Source: a virus
DNA: 64,000 bases
Strand: one strand, 5' to 3'
Virus record (IMG/VR): IMGVR_UViG_3300028138_000003
Location: 429 to 64,428 of that record
The position numbers were made by a program, and so were the translations under genes. Position 1 is the first letter of the stretch, and each line of letters opens with the position of its first letter. Shown piece by piece: positions 45,626 through 54,777 of the stretch. Below the pieces are notes generated by a model. The model was not told where the DNA came from and searched no databases. It saw only the letters and a program-made list of their open reading frames with translations.

Positions 45626-46221
45626 TCGTGTATCTAATGAGACATGGGCGAACCGCGATGGACGTGCTCAAGCGTTCAGACGGCTGGCTGGACCTACCGC
45701 TCTCGGACAAGGGCCGCATGGGCCTCATCCCCGCGCAGCAGCACCTCAAGCTCGAGCCGCTGAGTGACATCTTCGCTCCGCCGTTGAAGCGCACGACCGA
45801 GACCGCGCACATCATTCAGTCGGGCGTGATCAAGGCGCCCAGCGTCGTGCCGTCGCCGGCAGCGATGACGTGGAACCTCGGCGTGATCTGCGGGCTCCCT
45901 AAGACCGAAGCCAGGCCCAAGGTCAAGGAGCTGCTCGGCCATCCGGATACCAAGCCGATCGGCGGCGAGTCGTACAACGAGTTCAAGAAGCGCGTCATGA
46001 CATGGTTCAGGGCGCGAGTGAAGGAAGCCAAGGCCAGTGGCAAGCCGATCCTGATCGTCTGCTCTGGATCCAACCTCCGACTGCTCGGCACGGTGCTGTT
46101 CAAGAACCGGGACGAGTTCAATCTGGATGAGGGCGGGCTCGTCAAGCTGACGCAGATCGATGGCAAGTGGCACGCGCAGACACTGATTGGCGACGGCGCT
46201 GATCCGGAGGAGATCTCGTGA
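45622..46221 (+). CDS. histidine phosphatase superfamily (phosphoglycerate mutase / SixA-like) protein
   Basis: N-terminal catalytic motif LMRHGRT and second Arg motif PLKRTTETA are present. The C-terminal conserved HG position reads IVCSGSN (His to Ser). ATGA-coupled to the giant protein. Confidence 0.55.
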   Translation: MIVYLMRHGRTAMDVLKRSDGWLDLPLSDKGRMGLIPAQQHLKLEPLSDIFAPPLKRTTETAHIIQSGVIKAPSVVPSPAAMTWNLGVICGLPKTEARPKVKELLGHPDTKPIGGESYNEFKKRVMTWFRARVKEAKASGKPILIVCSGSNLRLLGTVLFKNRDEFNLDEGGLVKLTQIDGKWHAQTLIGDGADPEEIS

Positions 46222-46694
46222 TGACGTCGAACGAGCTACGGGCGCTGATTCAGAAGACGCTCAAGCCGGTGCAACTTTGGTCGCCTGACGCCGAGGAGCT
46301 CCTCATGGCGACCGCGGCGCAGGAGAGCCACCTAGGGCAATACCGCCGGCAAACCGGTGGCGGGCCGGCACTGGGGATCTTCCAGATGGAGCCGGCGACG
46401 TTCAACGACATCTGGCTGAACTACCTCGCCTATCACAAGAACCTTGAGGCGGACCTGTGCGCGCTGGCGACCACGCAGCCGCCGCGCCCGGTCGAGATGG
46501 TCACTAACGACGCGTTCGCCATCCTCATGGCACGCGTGCATTACCTTCGGGCACCGGGGAGCTTGCCGGCTGCCAGTGACCTCGAGGGGCTCTGGGCCTA
46601 CTACAAGGCGCACTGGAACACCCCGCTGGGCGCCGCCACGCACGATCAGTTCACCAACAACTACAGAATGTTGGTCAACGGAGACGCAAGATGA
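46218..46694 (+). CDS. lytic transglycosylase (SLT-domain lysozyme), likely endolysin
   Basis: SLT catalytic region AAQESHLGQYRRQTGGGPALGIFQMEPATF (E-S...GLMQ-type) is present. A holin-like gene follows. Confidence 0.7.
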   Translation: MMTSNELRALIQKTLKPVQLWSPDAEELLMATAAQESHLGQYRRQTGGGPALGIFQMEPATFNDIWLNYLAYHKNLEADLCALATTQPPRPVEMVTNDAFAILMARVHYLRAPGSLPAASDLEGLWAYYKAHWNTPLGAATHDQFTNNYRMLVNGDAR

Positions 46695-46876
46695 AGAACG
46701 ATTGCCGAGACTGGTTCGTGATGCTGCTCGTGGCCGGGGCGTGGATCTTCGCCAGCGTCTACCTGTGGAAGCACGCCAGCACTGCCGATTTCAGTATCTG
46801 GGCCGGTGTCTGCGGAACCCTGACCGCGGTCTACCACTGGCTAAACATCAGGGACCAAAAGGAAAAGGATCAGTGA
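46691..46876 (+). CDS. holin-like two-TM protein, 61 aa
   Basis: Two TM helices and a charged C-terminus (NIRDQKEKDQ). ATGA-coupled to the lysozyme gene. Confidence 0.5.
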   Translation: MKNDCRDWFVMLLVAGAWIFASVYLWKHASTADFSIWAGVCGTLTAVYHWLNIRDQKEKDQ

Positions 46877-46877
46877 C

Positions 46878-47120
46878 ATGAGCGACGAAATAATGATGGA
46901 CATCCAACGCACTCTCGGCCGCATCGAGCAGAAGATCGACAGCCACGTGGAAGCGTTCGACAAGCATGTCACCATGGACATGGAGGCCTACAAGGCCATC
47001 GGTGCGCTCAGGACTGATACGGCGAAGCAGAAGGGTTACATGACGGCCATGGGGGCCATCGGTGGCGTTGTGGTTACTGCGCTAGGATACCTAGTCGATA
47101 GGATGTTCGGCCAGCACTAA
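46878..47120 (+). CDS. small protein with C-terminal TM anchor, 80 aa
   Basis: The TM anchor is GAIGGVVVTALGYLV. It could be an antiholin, or a partner of the SPFH protein. Confidence 0.4.
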   Translation: MSDEIMMDIQRTLGRIEQKIDSHVEAFDKHVTMDMEAYKAIGALRTDTAKQKGYMTAMGAIGGVVVTALGYLVDRMFGQH

Positions 47121-47143
47121 CCCCACGGATACTGAGGTGACTC

Positions 47144-47701
47144 GTGTTTGATAAAATCTTCGAGATCATCCAGGCGTGCTTCGAGGCGCTGATTCCGTGC
47201 GTCATCATCTACCCTTTTGAAAGGGGACTCCTGATCCGGCTCGGGAAGTTCAAGCGCGAGCTGGCCCCCGGCTTCCACTGGTGCTTCCCGCTCCACATCG
47301 ACGCTGTTCTGCATGAGCACATTACCGTGCGCACGGAACACCTCTCGGGACTCGCCACAACCACAGCGGACGGTAAGAGCGTAGGTTTTGACGCCATAGT
47401 CACGTACCGAATATCTAACCTCGAGAAGGCACTCCTCGAGGTGACTGATCTCAAGGACGCGGTCGCAGACACGTGCACCGGGCAGATCGGCACCACACTT
47501 GCCGAATCGGACTGGGGCGCCATTTGCCGCGGCGAGGTTCTCGACAATCTTGCTGCAGTATGCCGCAAGCGGGGATGGAAATACGGAGTAGAAATAATCT
47601 CTGTTCAGCTGGCGGGCGTAGCGCTTGTACGCAACTTCCGGATCAGTACTGGTCAGTCCCAACCACACGTCACGCATATCGTTCCTAGTCCCGGGATGTA
47701 A
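47144..47701 (+). CDS. SPFH / band-7 domain protein (HflK-like)
   Basis: ERGLLIRLGKFKRELAPGFHWCFPLHIDAV parallels the HflK stretch ERGVVLRFGKFSHLVEPGLNWKPTFIDEV. VTYRISNLEKALLEV parallels VQYRVTNPEKYLYSV. An N-terminal hydrophobic segment is present. Confidence 0.7.
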   Translation: MFDKIFEIIQACFEALIPCVIIYPFERGLLIRLGKFKRELAPGFHWCFPLHIDAVLHEHITVRTEHLSGLATTTADGKSVGFDAIVTYRISNLEKALLEVTDLKDAVADTCTGQIGTTLAESDWGAICRGEVLDNLAAVCRKRGWKYGVEIISVQLAGVALVRNFRISTGQSQPHVTHIVPSPGM

Positions 47702-47779
47702 TTTTCCAATTGTAGATCCGGGCCAGAGGATAGCTTTCAAGAGATCTGGGGTCATTGCGATTGCTCTTGCGTCGGGGGC

Positions 47780-49252
47780 CTACCACTCGATCGACGTCAG
47801 TTTCGGCTCTGAAGGGAAGGGGGAGCCCGGAGTCAATATACCTGTCGTCGTCGGGCTTGCGCATGCTAGTTCCCCTTTCAGTTTCTCGGCCACACGTATC
47901 TGCGCAGCCACCTGCTGCTCTCCTTTGAAGTCTAGTAGCGCTACGGCTTCTTCGTCAATCGTGCCCTCAGAGACGATATGATGAATGCAAACCGTTCTTC
48001 CAGTACGCCGATGTCCTCCGGCGATGCGACCGTTAAGCTGGTCATAGAACTCTCGGTTGTTTGTGAATCCGAACCATACCAGGTTTTCGGCCCCCGAGAG
48101 GTATAGGTCATTGAGACCGTGGCCTGCGCTTGCAGGATGCATGATTCCATAGTCGATTTCTCCTTTGCGCCATGCGTCGAGGGACGCGTTGGACCTAAGG
48201 ACAGCGAGCTTGCCAAGACGCCGGGGGAAAGATGCGAACACTCGTTCCACGTCGTGGACATATCCGTACCCTATGATGACCGGCTTCGGGAGGCTTTCGA
48301 GGAGTTCCCAGAGCGCCTCGAGCTTCTGGTCGTGGATCTTGTGCCACTTGTGCTCGGAGTCGTAGATCGCCCCGTTTGCCATCTGAAGTAGCTTTCCCCA
48401 TAGAACTCCAGCATTAACTGCACTGATCGGTTGATCTCCCACTCCTTCAAGAACGCTGGTCCGTACCATTTTGCGGTAAAGGGCCATTTCGGACTTCGTG
48501 AGCTGGACCTTGACGAAGTTGGTCGGCGCAGGAGGTTGGGCATCTCGCATGACGTGGAAGACGTCGGAGATGAGGGCGTCGATCTTGACTGGCGATCCGG
48601 GGAGGATCTCTCTGCTCGGGATGCCATCTCTTACCTCACACTTGAAGAAATTCTCGTGATAAGCCGTTTCAGTGCGGCCCAGGCGCTGGCCCTGATCAAT
48701 GAGATAGAGCTGCGCCCAGAGATCGGTATAGCCGTTGGGCATGAGCGATCCCGTGAGAAGCCAGCAACGAGAGAAGAGGCGACGCAACCGCCGCAGTGAC
48801 TTGAATCGCTTGGAGGACTGATGTTTGAAGCTCTGACATTCGTCGACGATAACGAGGTCCCACGGCCAGCGCCGGTACTGCTTCTTGTCTTTGATGAATT
48901 GTTCTCCCAACCAGACGACATTGTCTCGCGTGATTGTGTAAACGTCCGCATCCACATCCATCGCTCGTAGGCGCTGTTCTCGGCTTCCAACAATGCGCGA
49001 GACACGTAATCCTTGGAGGTGCTCCCACTCTTGGGCTTCTGTGTGCCAGACGCGCTCGGCCACCAGTCGGGGTCCAATAACGAGTACCCGTCGAATGTCG
49101 AATCTGTTAAGGAGGTGCTTGACTGCGGTGAGGGCGGAGACCGTTTTGCCTGTCCCCACGTCCGCCCATAGTCCTCCGGTCGGATGATCTTGCAGGAACC
49201 GGATTGCGTCATGCTGGTCCCCAGTAAGCTGCGAGAATCTTTTTAAAGCCAC
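47780..49252 (-). CDS. SNF2-family helicase
   Basis: Walker A DVGTGKT, DECQ box, and C-terminal helicase motifs are present. Confidence 0.75.
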   Translation of the reverse strand: MALKRFSQLTGDQHDAIRFLQDHPTGGLWADVGTGKTVSALTAVKHLLNRFDIRRVLVIGPRLVAERVWHTEAQEWEHLQGLRVSRIVGSREQRLRAMDVDADVYTITRDNVVWLGEQFIKDKKQYRRWPWDLVIVDECQSFKHQSSKRFKSLRRLRRLFSRCWLLTGSLMPNGYTDLWAQLYLIDQGQRLGRTETAYHENFFKCEVRDGIPSREILPGSPVKIDALISDVFHVMRDAQPPAPTNFVKVQLTKSEMALYRKMVRTSVLEGVGDQPISAVNAGVLWGKLLQMANGAIYDSEHKWHKIHDQKLEALWELLESLPKPVIIGYGYVHDVERVFASFPRRLGKLAVLRSNASLDAWRKGEIDYGIMHPASAGHGLNDLYLSGAENLVWFGFTNNREFYDQLNGRIAGGHRRTGRTVCIHHIVSEGTIDEEAVALLDFKGEQQVAAQIRVAEKLKGELACASPTTTGILTPGSPFPSEPKLTSIEW

Positions 49253-49526
49253 GACGGCTGCTCGTCCACGTTACTCGGAGACCGGCGGCGCGCATGGCTC
49301 TGATTTCGAGCCACTGCAGCTCGGTAGGGGTGTTGCCGGGGAGCTTGAACTCGATCCAGAGGGCTCGTCCGCCTTTGGCGAAGAGTCGGTCGGGGTGGCT
49401 GCGGCGTCCGGGGCCTTTGTACTTGCGGTGGAAGATTCCCGCAGTCGCTGCCACGCGGCAGCACGCTTGCTCCAACTCGCTTTCGAGTCGATAGATTCTT
49501 TCTTCACTTGCGATACCTCTTTCCAC
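49209..49526 (-). CDS. VRR-NUC domain nuclease
   Basis: AGIFHRKYKGPGRRSHPDRLFAKGGRALWIEFK is typical of VRR-NUC. Confidence 0.55.
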   Translation of the reverse strand: MERGIASEERIYRLESELEQACCRVAATAGIFHRKYKGPGRRSHPDRLFAKGGRALWIEFKLPGNTPTELQWLEIRAMRAAGLRVTWTSSRRGFKKILAAYWGPA

Positions 49527-51618
49527 GGTGCATCTCTATTGCTAGGGGGAAGCCCTCGGCCCAATCCGGTACTGCGCACATGACCTGCTCTACGCTCTGG
49601 TCGGAGAGAATGCCCTCATGGTACTCCAAGACCGGCTCATCGTGCACGTGCATCACGATCGGAGCCTTGAGCATGTCGAACCGCAGCATGGCGTCGGCGA
49701 GGAGGTCGCGGCAGCCCGCCTGCGTCTCGTTCTCGCAGGTCTTGCCCCCGTAGGTGGCCGTGTCGCCGTAGAGCCGGGTGTCCGTGTCGACGCCACGGTA
49801 GTGCAGCGCGTTGTCCCTGATGTACGGCTTGAAGTAGCGGACCTTGCGGCCCGATGGCAAGCGCATGATCAGGAACTGGCCCTCGACCTTGAACATGAGG
49901 CGCTTCTGCGCCACGTCGTAAATCTTCCCGGGGTTGGCCACGGCGTTGAGGCCGGCTTCCTTGAGCTGCCACCAGCCGCGGACGATCTTGGGGTGCGCCT
50001 CGCGCCACATCAGCTTGACGGCCTCGCAGGCGACCCACGTGTTCGCTGGCAGGTCACCAACGCGGCCCTGCTGCGCCATGAATTCGTAGTTGTGGAGGGC
50101 TTGGTCTTGGATGGACCGCGGCGCCTGTTCGAAGGCCGGGATCAGGTCCTCCAGATTGAGGCCATATGTCTTCGCCATCTTGACGAGGGCTCCGACGCCG
50201 CCTTCGTAGCCCATGGAGAGGTCGAGTACCTTTCCAATAAGGAGCTGAAGCTTGGTGATGGTAGTAGGGTCAACGCCGAAAGCGCGGCCATATACCACAG
50301 CGTACGGCTTTGGTCCCGTGCCGGCGTCGAACTGGCGATACGCATCGAGCTTCCACTCCTCCCCAAACATCCAAGCGTTCCAGCGGGACTCGATTCCCGA
50401 GAAGTCGGGGAACACGAGCTCGTGGCCTTCTTTTGCAATCAGGAGACCCCGCATGCAGGATGCAAACACTTTCATCGGATCGACGCCAGGATATAGCGCA
50501 CGAATCCAATCGAGATCGCGGGCGCGGCACGCCTCGATCGCCGCATCCGGGTCGGGGATCACAGACCGGAACATGTTGTGGAGCTGGACGATCACCGCTG
50601 ACCAGCGGCCGGTGCCTGCGGCTTGGTAGAGGAACATCCCGCGGATGCGGCCGTCCTTGCAGACGGCGTTGCGCATGGCCGTAACCTTGCTAACGGCTTT
50701 CATGCCGTATGTGCCATAAAGTGCGATTATGCTCTTTACTGCATGCGGCACGGCCGGGTCCGCCTGCATGCGGCGGACGGTATCTGCTTGCAGGTTCTCC
50801 AGCTGCGGGTAGCCGTTGGCGCGGATCCACGCCGCGAGCTGCGCGTGCTGGGTGGGCCCGATGCCAGTCAGCTCCTTGCACTTCGCCTTGAGCTGCTCCT
50901 TGTACGTGTCGATCAGATGCTCGAGGTCGGCTAGTGCGTCGAGATCGATTTGCACGCCTCGATCGTTGATAGCCTGGTCGAGTTCCCAGATTCGCTGCTC
51001 TTTTGGCGACATCTCGGGCAGGACTGCGTCCACGCAGCGCTCCGCACGAACGTCGTCAGCACAGTACGGGACAAGTGTAAGGAAGCGCTCTCGCTCCTCA
51101 ACAATGGTCGGACGCGTGCCGTCAGCTCGCGGCTTACACAGGTAACGCATGGCGTTGACGCCGGCGACCCGCTTCTTGATCGGGGTGTTGAGCTCATTAG
51201 CGGCATCCTCCAGCCCCCCGGGTAGCGAGCAATAGCGTGAGCGCGCCATGGAGCAGCGCATCTGTTTGATTTCGAGCTTGGGGAAACCGTACCTCTGGCC
51301 TGCGGGGCCATTGAGCACGGCGCGCTCGAAGGCGGCGTTCCAGCAGTGGACCTCTTTGCCTTCCTGTATCCACGCGGCCAGCTCGGTAGGGATGCCCGCG
51401 CTACCGCACAGGATCTGGCCATCGACATCGGCCACCTCGAAAGCGAAGCTGGCATCGGCGGACGGGATCCACGTGGATACGGGGCCGTCATCGATCGCCC
51501 AGCAGACGCACAGCAGGTCCGTGCTCTCGTCCTCGGCGTAGCGGTAGAGGCCCGCCGTCTTGAGGTTGACCCGGCTGAACGTCTCGATGTCGAGGGTGAG
51601 CTTCACCGTGTACTCCAC
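49504..51618 (-). CDS. family A DNA polymerase with 3'-5' exonuclease domain
   Basis: Exo I motif LTLDIETFS. Polymerase motifs A, B and C are present (...RGMFLYQAAGTGRWS..., KVLDLSMGYEGG, HVHDE). Confidence 0.85.
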   Translation of the reverse strand: MEYTVKLTLDIETFSRVNLKTAGLYRYAEDESTDLLCVCWAIDDGPVSTWIPSADASFAFEVADVDGQILCGSAGIPTELAAWIQEGKEVHCWNAAFERAVLNGPAGQRYGFPKLEIKQMRCSMARSRYCSLPGGLEDAANELNTPIKKRVAGVNAMRYLCKPRADGTRPTIVEERERFLTLVPYCADDVRAERCVDAVLPEMSPKEQRIWELDQAINDRGVQIDLDALADLEHLIDTYKEQLKAKCKELTGIGPTQHAQLAAWIRANGYPQLENLQADTVRRMQADPAVPHAVKSIIALYGTYGMKAVSKVTAMRNAVCKDGRIRGMFLYQAAGTGRWSAVIVQLHNMFRSVIPDPDAAIEACRARDLDWIRALYPGVDPMKVFASCMRGLLIAKEGHELVFPDFSGIESRWNAWMFGEEWKLDAYRQFDAGTGPKPYAVVYGRAFGVDPTTITKLQLLIGKVLDLSMGYEGGVGALVKMAKTYGLNLEDLIPAFEQAPRSIQDQALHNYEFMAQQGRVGDLPANTWVACEAVKLMWREAHPKIVRGWWQLKEAGLNAVANPGKIYDVAQKRLMFKVEGQFLIMRLPSGRKVRYFKPYIRDNALHYRGVDTDTRLYGDTATYGGKTCENETQAGCRDLLADAMLRFDMLKAPIVMHVHDEPVLEYHEGILSDQSVEQVMCAVPDWAEGFPLAIEMHRGKRYRK

Positions 51619-51797
51619 CAGTTGAATACTCTCCGCACGATAAAGCTGCGGATGAATGAGACCGCGGTGAGTACCACGGTCAGCCAGAAGCTTGTCTTGG
51701 GCGATAGGCCAACGGCCATGTTGGCGTACCAGCCGATGCCTGCGCCGAGGACCGTGCTGACGGTCACCTCAGTGAGGCTTTGTAGTCTGGTTTGCAT
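51603..51797 (-). CDS. small two-TM membrane protein, 64 aa
   Basis: ORF-track call. Hydrophobic helices are present. Confidence 0.35.
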   Translation of the reverse strand: MQTRLQSLTEVTVSTVLGAGIGWYANMAVGLSPKTSFWLTVVLTAVSFIRSFIVRRVFNWWSTR

Positions 51798-51885
51798 GAG
51801 GAAGATGGGGGCTGCAGCGGCGTATTTAAGAAACCCTGCTGGCCTTCAGGCACGCGGGTCTCGGCTTCCGCAGCCCCCAAACCTG

Positions 51886-52560
51886 TTAGTCGTCGAACGC
51901 GCTCGTCGCGGTGGTGGCCTGTGCCGGCTCGTCTTCGAGGGCTTGGAAGCCCGCGTCGTCCACCTCATCCGTGCGGAACGGCTCGTTGTCGGACACGAAC
52001 TGCACGCCGCGGAGGTTGGAGCCGATCAGCTTGCCAGTCTCCTGCGCGCTCTTGCCCATCAGCAGCCAGAGGTTGATGCAGCCCTTCACGTTCGCGCCGT
52101 CGTACGGGAACTGCGGCTCGCCCTTACGAACCTTGGCGCCCGTGCGATTGCGGATGTCGGGACGGAACCGGGAGTTGTTGGCAGCAACGATGAAGTTGCC
52201 TTTGTACCCGGCGTATTCCTTGGTGTCCCCATCGAGGAGGCAGAAGTTGCGAATGCCATCCGGCTCGTTCTTGGGATCGTTGAGGTCGAGCTTCGGAGTG
52301 CCGGGAACGAACTTCACGGCGAGCTTCTTGATCGTCAGGGCGACCTTTCCGTAGTGCTCCTTGGAGAGTGCCGCGGCGGCCTCGAGGATCTTCTTGATGT
52401 CGGCAGCCTGCTTGGCGTCCGTCGGGTCGAGCACGAACGCGCTCTCCCACCGGGGGTCCTGTCCGGGCTTGAAGGGTTTCGGCTCATCCAGTACCGGGTA
52501 TCGCAGCCGGGCCGAGAACATGATGTCCGGGCTCTGCGGGCTCTTGAGTTCTGATGCCAT
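51886..52560 (-). CDS. phage ssDNA-binding protein candidate (DUF2815-like)
   Basis: N-terminus RLRYPVLDEPKPF. Acidic C-terminal tail DDAGFQALEDEP...SAFDD, typical of SSBs. Confidence 0.45.
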   Translation of the reverse strand: MASELKSPQSPDIMFSARLRYPVLDEPKPFKPGQDPRWESAFVLDPTDAKQAADIKKILEAAAALSKEHYGKVALTIKKLAVKFVPGTPKLDLNDPKNEPDGIRNFCLLDGDTKEYAGYKGNFIVAANNSRFRPDIRNRTGAKVRKGEPQFPYDGANVKGCINLWLLMGKSAQETGKLIGSNLRGVQFVSDNEPFRTDEVDDAGFQALEDEPAQATTATSAFDD

Positions 52561-52562
52561 GT

Positions 52563-53714
52563 CTACTCCTCGTCGTCTAGGTTGGTAAAATCAACTTGGG
52601 ACAAATTGGTCATTGCTGGTCTTGGATCTTCGGGGCTTGCAAGTTTCGGTCGGCCGGGAGGCTTCACGACAAGATCTCCTAAAATCTTCTTGAAGCGCGG
52701 CTTGCCCATCAGTTTCTCAAGCTGGCTCGGCGAACGCAACTTCTTTTCGAAGGCATCGTCCGGGCTCACGCGCTTGACCACTGCGTCCTTGTCGGAGAAC
52801 GCGCGGTTGCTGCGCCCCTCGACGAGCTTCCACCCGCCGACGTCTTTGCCGGATACGAGATCGGCAATCACGCCTTTCTCGAAATCCGCCAGCCAGGATT
52901 TAATGACGCCCAGCTTGGGCAGGATCGCAGCCTTCTCGGCGGGATCGAGAATCTGGCTCTTGGGTTCGGGTGCGTCAAGGTTCCCGAAGGCCACCGTGAG
53001 CCCGACGTTCGCGCGCACAGCGCAGTCCCGCTTGAACTTGCAGAACTGGCACCACTCCCCGGCTTGGAATTCCGTTCCGGCTTTGATCTTCTCCAGCACC
53101 GGGACCAGCGTGGCCCGGGCCCAGCGGCGGACGTCGGCGGCGCTGATGCGCCATGCGTCCTTGTGGTCCAGCCGCGGCTGGTGAATACCCAGCTCGAATT
53201 CTTGGATGTCTTCCATCCAGTGCGTGCCGAGCACGCCGAGCGCCTGCATGAGCAGCTGCTCGTTGTCCTTCGCCCAGACTTGCACGCCCTTGCCGAACTT
53301 GAGATCGCGCAGCGTGCAGAGGCCGTCCTTGATCATGCCGCGGTCGACCCAGCCGAAGCCGCCGGGCACCCACTCCTCGTAGGAGACCTTGATTTCGGAG
53401 AACGACACGTCCGCCGGCACCTCGGCGCACCACTCAAGGTACTCATTTACGGCGCCAGCGAACTCCTCGGTCACCCCGAATTTGTGCTTGCCGACTACGA
53501 TGATGCGCCCGAGAAAGTCCATCGGGTGCATGTTGTGCTTGAAGCAGTGGTCGGCGAGCCAGTGGGCCGCGGATCCCTCCGCGGCAAACACCGACTCCTC
53601 GTCCGTCTTACCCTTACTGGCGTTGACGCTGCCCGGGCAGTTGATCCACCGCGGAGCCCCGGAGGGGCCCAGCGGGCTATGCTCGACCGGCTGCACTACG
53701 ATATCGTTGTTCAA
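52563..53714 (-). CDS. PD-(D/E)XK nuclease, DUF2800 / Cas4-like with Cys cluster
   Basis: N-terminus RWINCPGS and C-terminal CQFCKFKRDC are present. The arrangement DUF2800-SSB-polymerase is common in phage replication modules. Confidence 0.5.
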   Translation of the reverse strand: MNNDIVVQPVEHSPLGPSGAPRWINCPGSVNASKGKTDEESVFAAEGSAAHWLADHCFKHNMHPMDFLGRIIVVGKHKFGVTEEFAGAVNEYLEWCAEVPADVSFSEIKVSYEEWVPGGFGWVDRGMIKDGLCTLRDLKFGKGVQVWAKDNEQLLMQALGVLGTHWMEDIQEFELGIHQPRLDHKDAWRISAADVRRWARATLVPVLEKIKAGTEFQAGEWCQFCKFKRDCAVRANVGLTVAFGNLDAPEPKSQILDPAEKAAILPKLGVIKSWLADFEKGVIADLVSGKDVGGWKLVEGRSNRAFSDKDAVVKRVSPDDAFEKKLRSPSQLEKLMGKPRFKKILGDLVVKPPGRPKLASPEDPRPAMTNLSQVDFTNLDDEE

Positions 53715-54253
53715 GTCCAGTCCTTCCAGTTAACGAACTTGCCGGTTCCCTGCCGCCACGCGGTGCTGGTGTCGTCGAACGGATAGAAGCCCCACGAGCT
53801 TTGCTTCGGGCCCGTCAGCACGATCGTCCACCACGGCGCGTGCGCCCGACTGGCCCACCACCATTGCCGGCCCAGCACGAAGTGCTCGTAGTTCGCCGGC
53901 CGGTAGTGGAAGCGCCACGCAGTGACATTGCGCATGCACGGCCGGGCGGGCTTTCCCTTGTGATAGACGAGTTCAATGTACGAGGTCAGCGGGAATGTGA
54001 TGAACCACCACGGGTGCGTATGCGATGCGCGATCGTCATCGCCTCGCCAGAAGCGATGTAGGCGGAGAGTGTACCCAGCCACATACAGGATCCACCGATC
54101 CAGATACCGATCACCGTTGATGAGCACCGTGGATCGGTCGAAGCCAAATCGACGCCCCAGCACATCGAAGCCGACAAACCAGCCAACCGCCCCTCCTCTG
54201 CCGAAGGGGCTGTATATGTAGCTGGCATTGCGGATCAGCTTGCGGCGTTGCAT
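53711..54253 (-). CDS. hypothetical Trp-rich protein, 180 aa
   Basis: ATGA coupling. Unusual aromatic composition (QWWWASRAHAPWWT, HTHPWWF). Confidence 0.45.
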   Translation of the reverse strand: MQRRKLIRNASYIYSPFGRGGAVGWFVGFDVLGRRFGFDRSTVLINGDRYLDRWILYVAGYTLRLHRFWRGDDDRASHTHPWWFITFPLTSYIELVYHKGKPARPCMRNVTAWRFHYRPANYEHFVLGRQWWWASRAHAPWWTIVLTGPKQSSWGFYPFDDTSTAWRQGTGKFVNWKDWT

Positions 54254-54696
54254 TCGTTGATCACCTTGGCGCGATCCGCCTCGGCGAGACTGCCCAGCGT
54301 CCCGGTCTTGGCGTACTTCGCGAGGATCTTGCGGGCCTCGGTGGCGTCGCCGCCATCGCGGTTCTGTCGCGCCGTCAGCGCAGCGCGCACGTCATCCACG
54401 CTCGGCAACTTGGACTCCGGCGAGGTACCAGATGCGGGCGTACTTGCGGCCTCTTTTGCTGTTGATTCGCTTGCAGTTGACGTAGAGGACGTAGCTGCCG
54501 GTGGCTCCGATGCGGCTGGCGTCGAAGCTGACGACGCCTTTGCGGCCTTCGCCTTTACTGATGTCGCCGGTTTCGAAGCGGATTTCGATGAGTCCTCGAG
54601 GAAGGCGAGAACTTTCGCTGCGCCCTCGACCAGCTCGTCTGCCGTCTTGCTGACGCATATCGCCAGCTCGACTGCCTTGATTCTCAGATCGCTCAT
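54235..54696 (-). CDS. hypothetical protein with Ala/Ser/Thr-rich linker, 153 aa
   Basis: ORF-track call. A promoter-like TATAAT lies upstream (minus strand, plus coordinates 54713-54718). Confidence 0.4.
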   Translation of the reverse strand: MSDLRIKAVELAICVSKTADELVEGAAKVLAFLEDSSKSASKPATSVKAKAAKASSASTPAASEPPAATSSTSTASESTAKEAASTPASGTSPESKLPSVDDVRAALTARQNRDGGDATEARKILAKYAKTGTLGSLAEADRAKVINECNAAS

Positions 54697-54777
54697 TGGA
54701 ACTCCTTGGTGGATTATATCTAGGTGTCTTGGTTTCGGTAAAAGGTTTCTCGGGTGGCTTGTACGCCCACCGGCGTC

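Noticed and set aside
46878-47120. Calling the 80-aa C-terminal-TM protein an i-spanin
   Set aside because: A convincing Rz/Rz1 pair already exists at 3682-4249, and this protein has no embedded lipoprotein ORF. It is left as a small membrane protein.
47702-47779. Expected bidirectional terminator between the convergent SPFH and SNF2 helicase genes
   Set aside because: Only a weak 5-bp stem (CCAGA...TCTGG) was found. There is no convincing hairpin plus U-tract, so it was not called.
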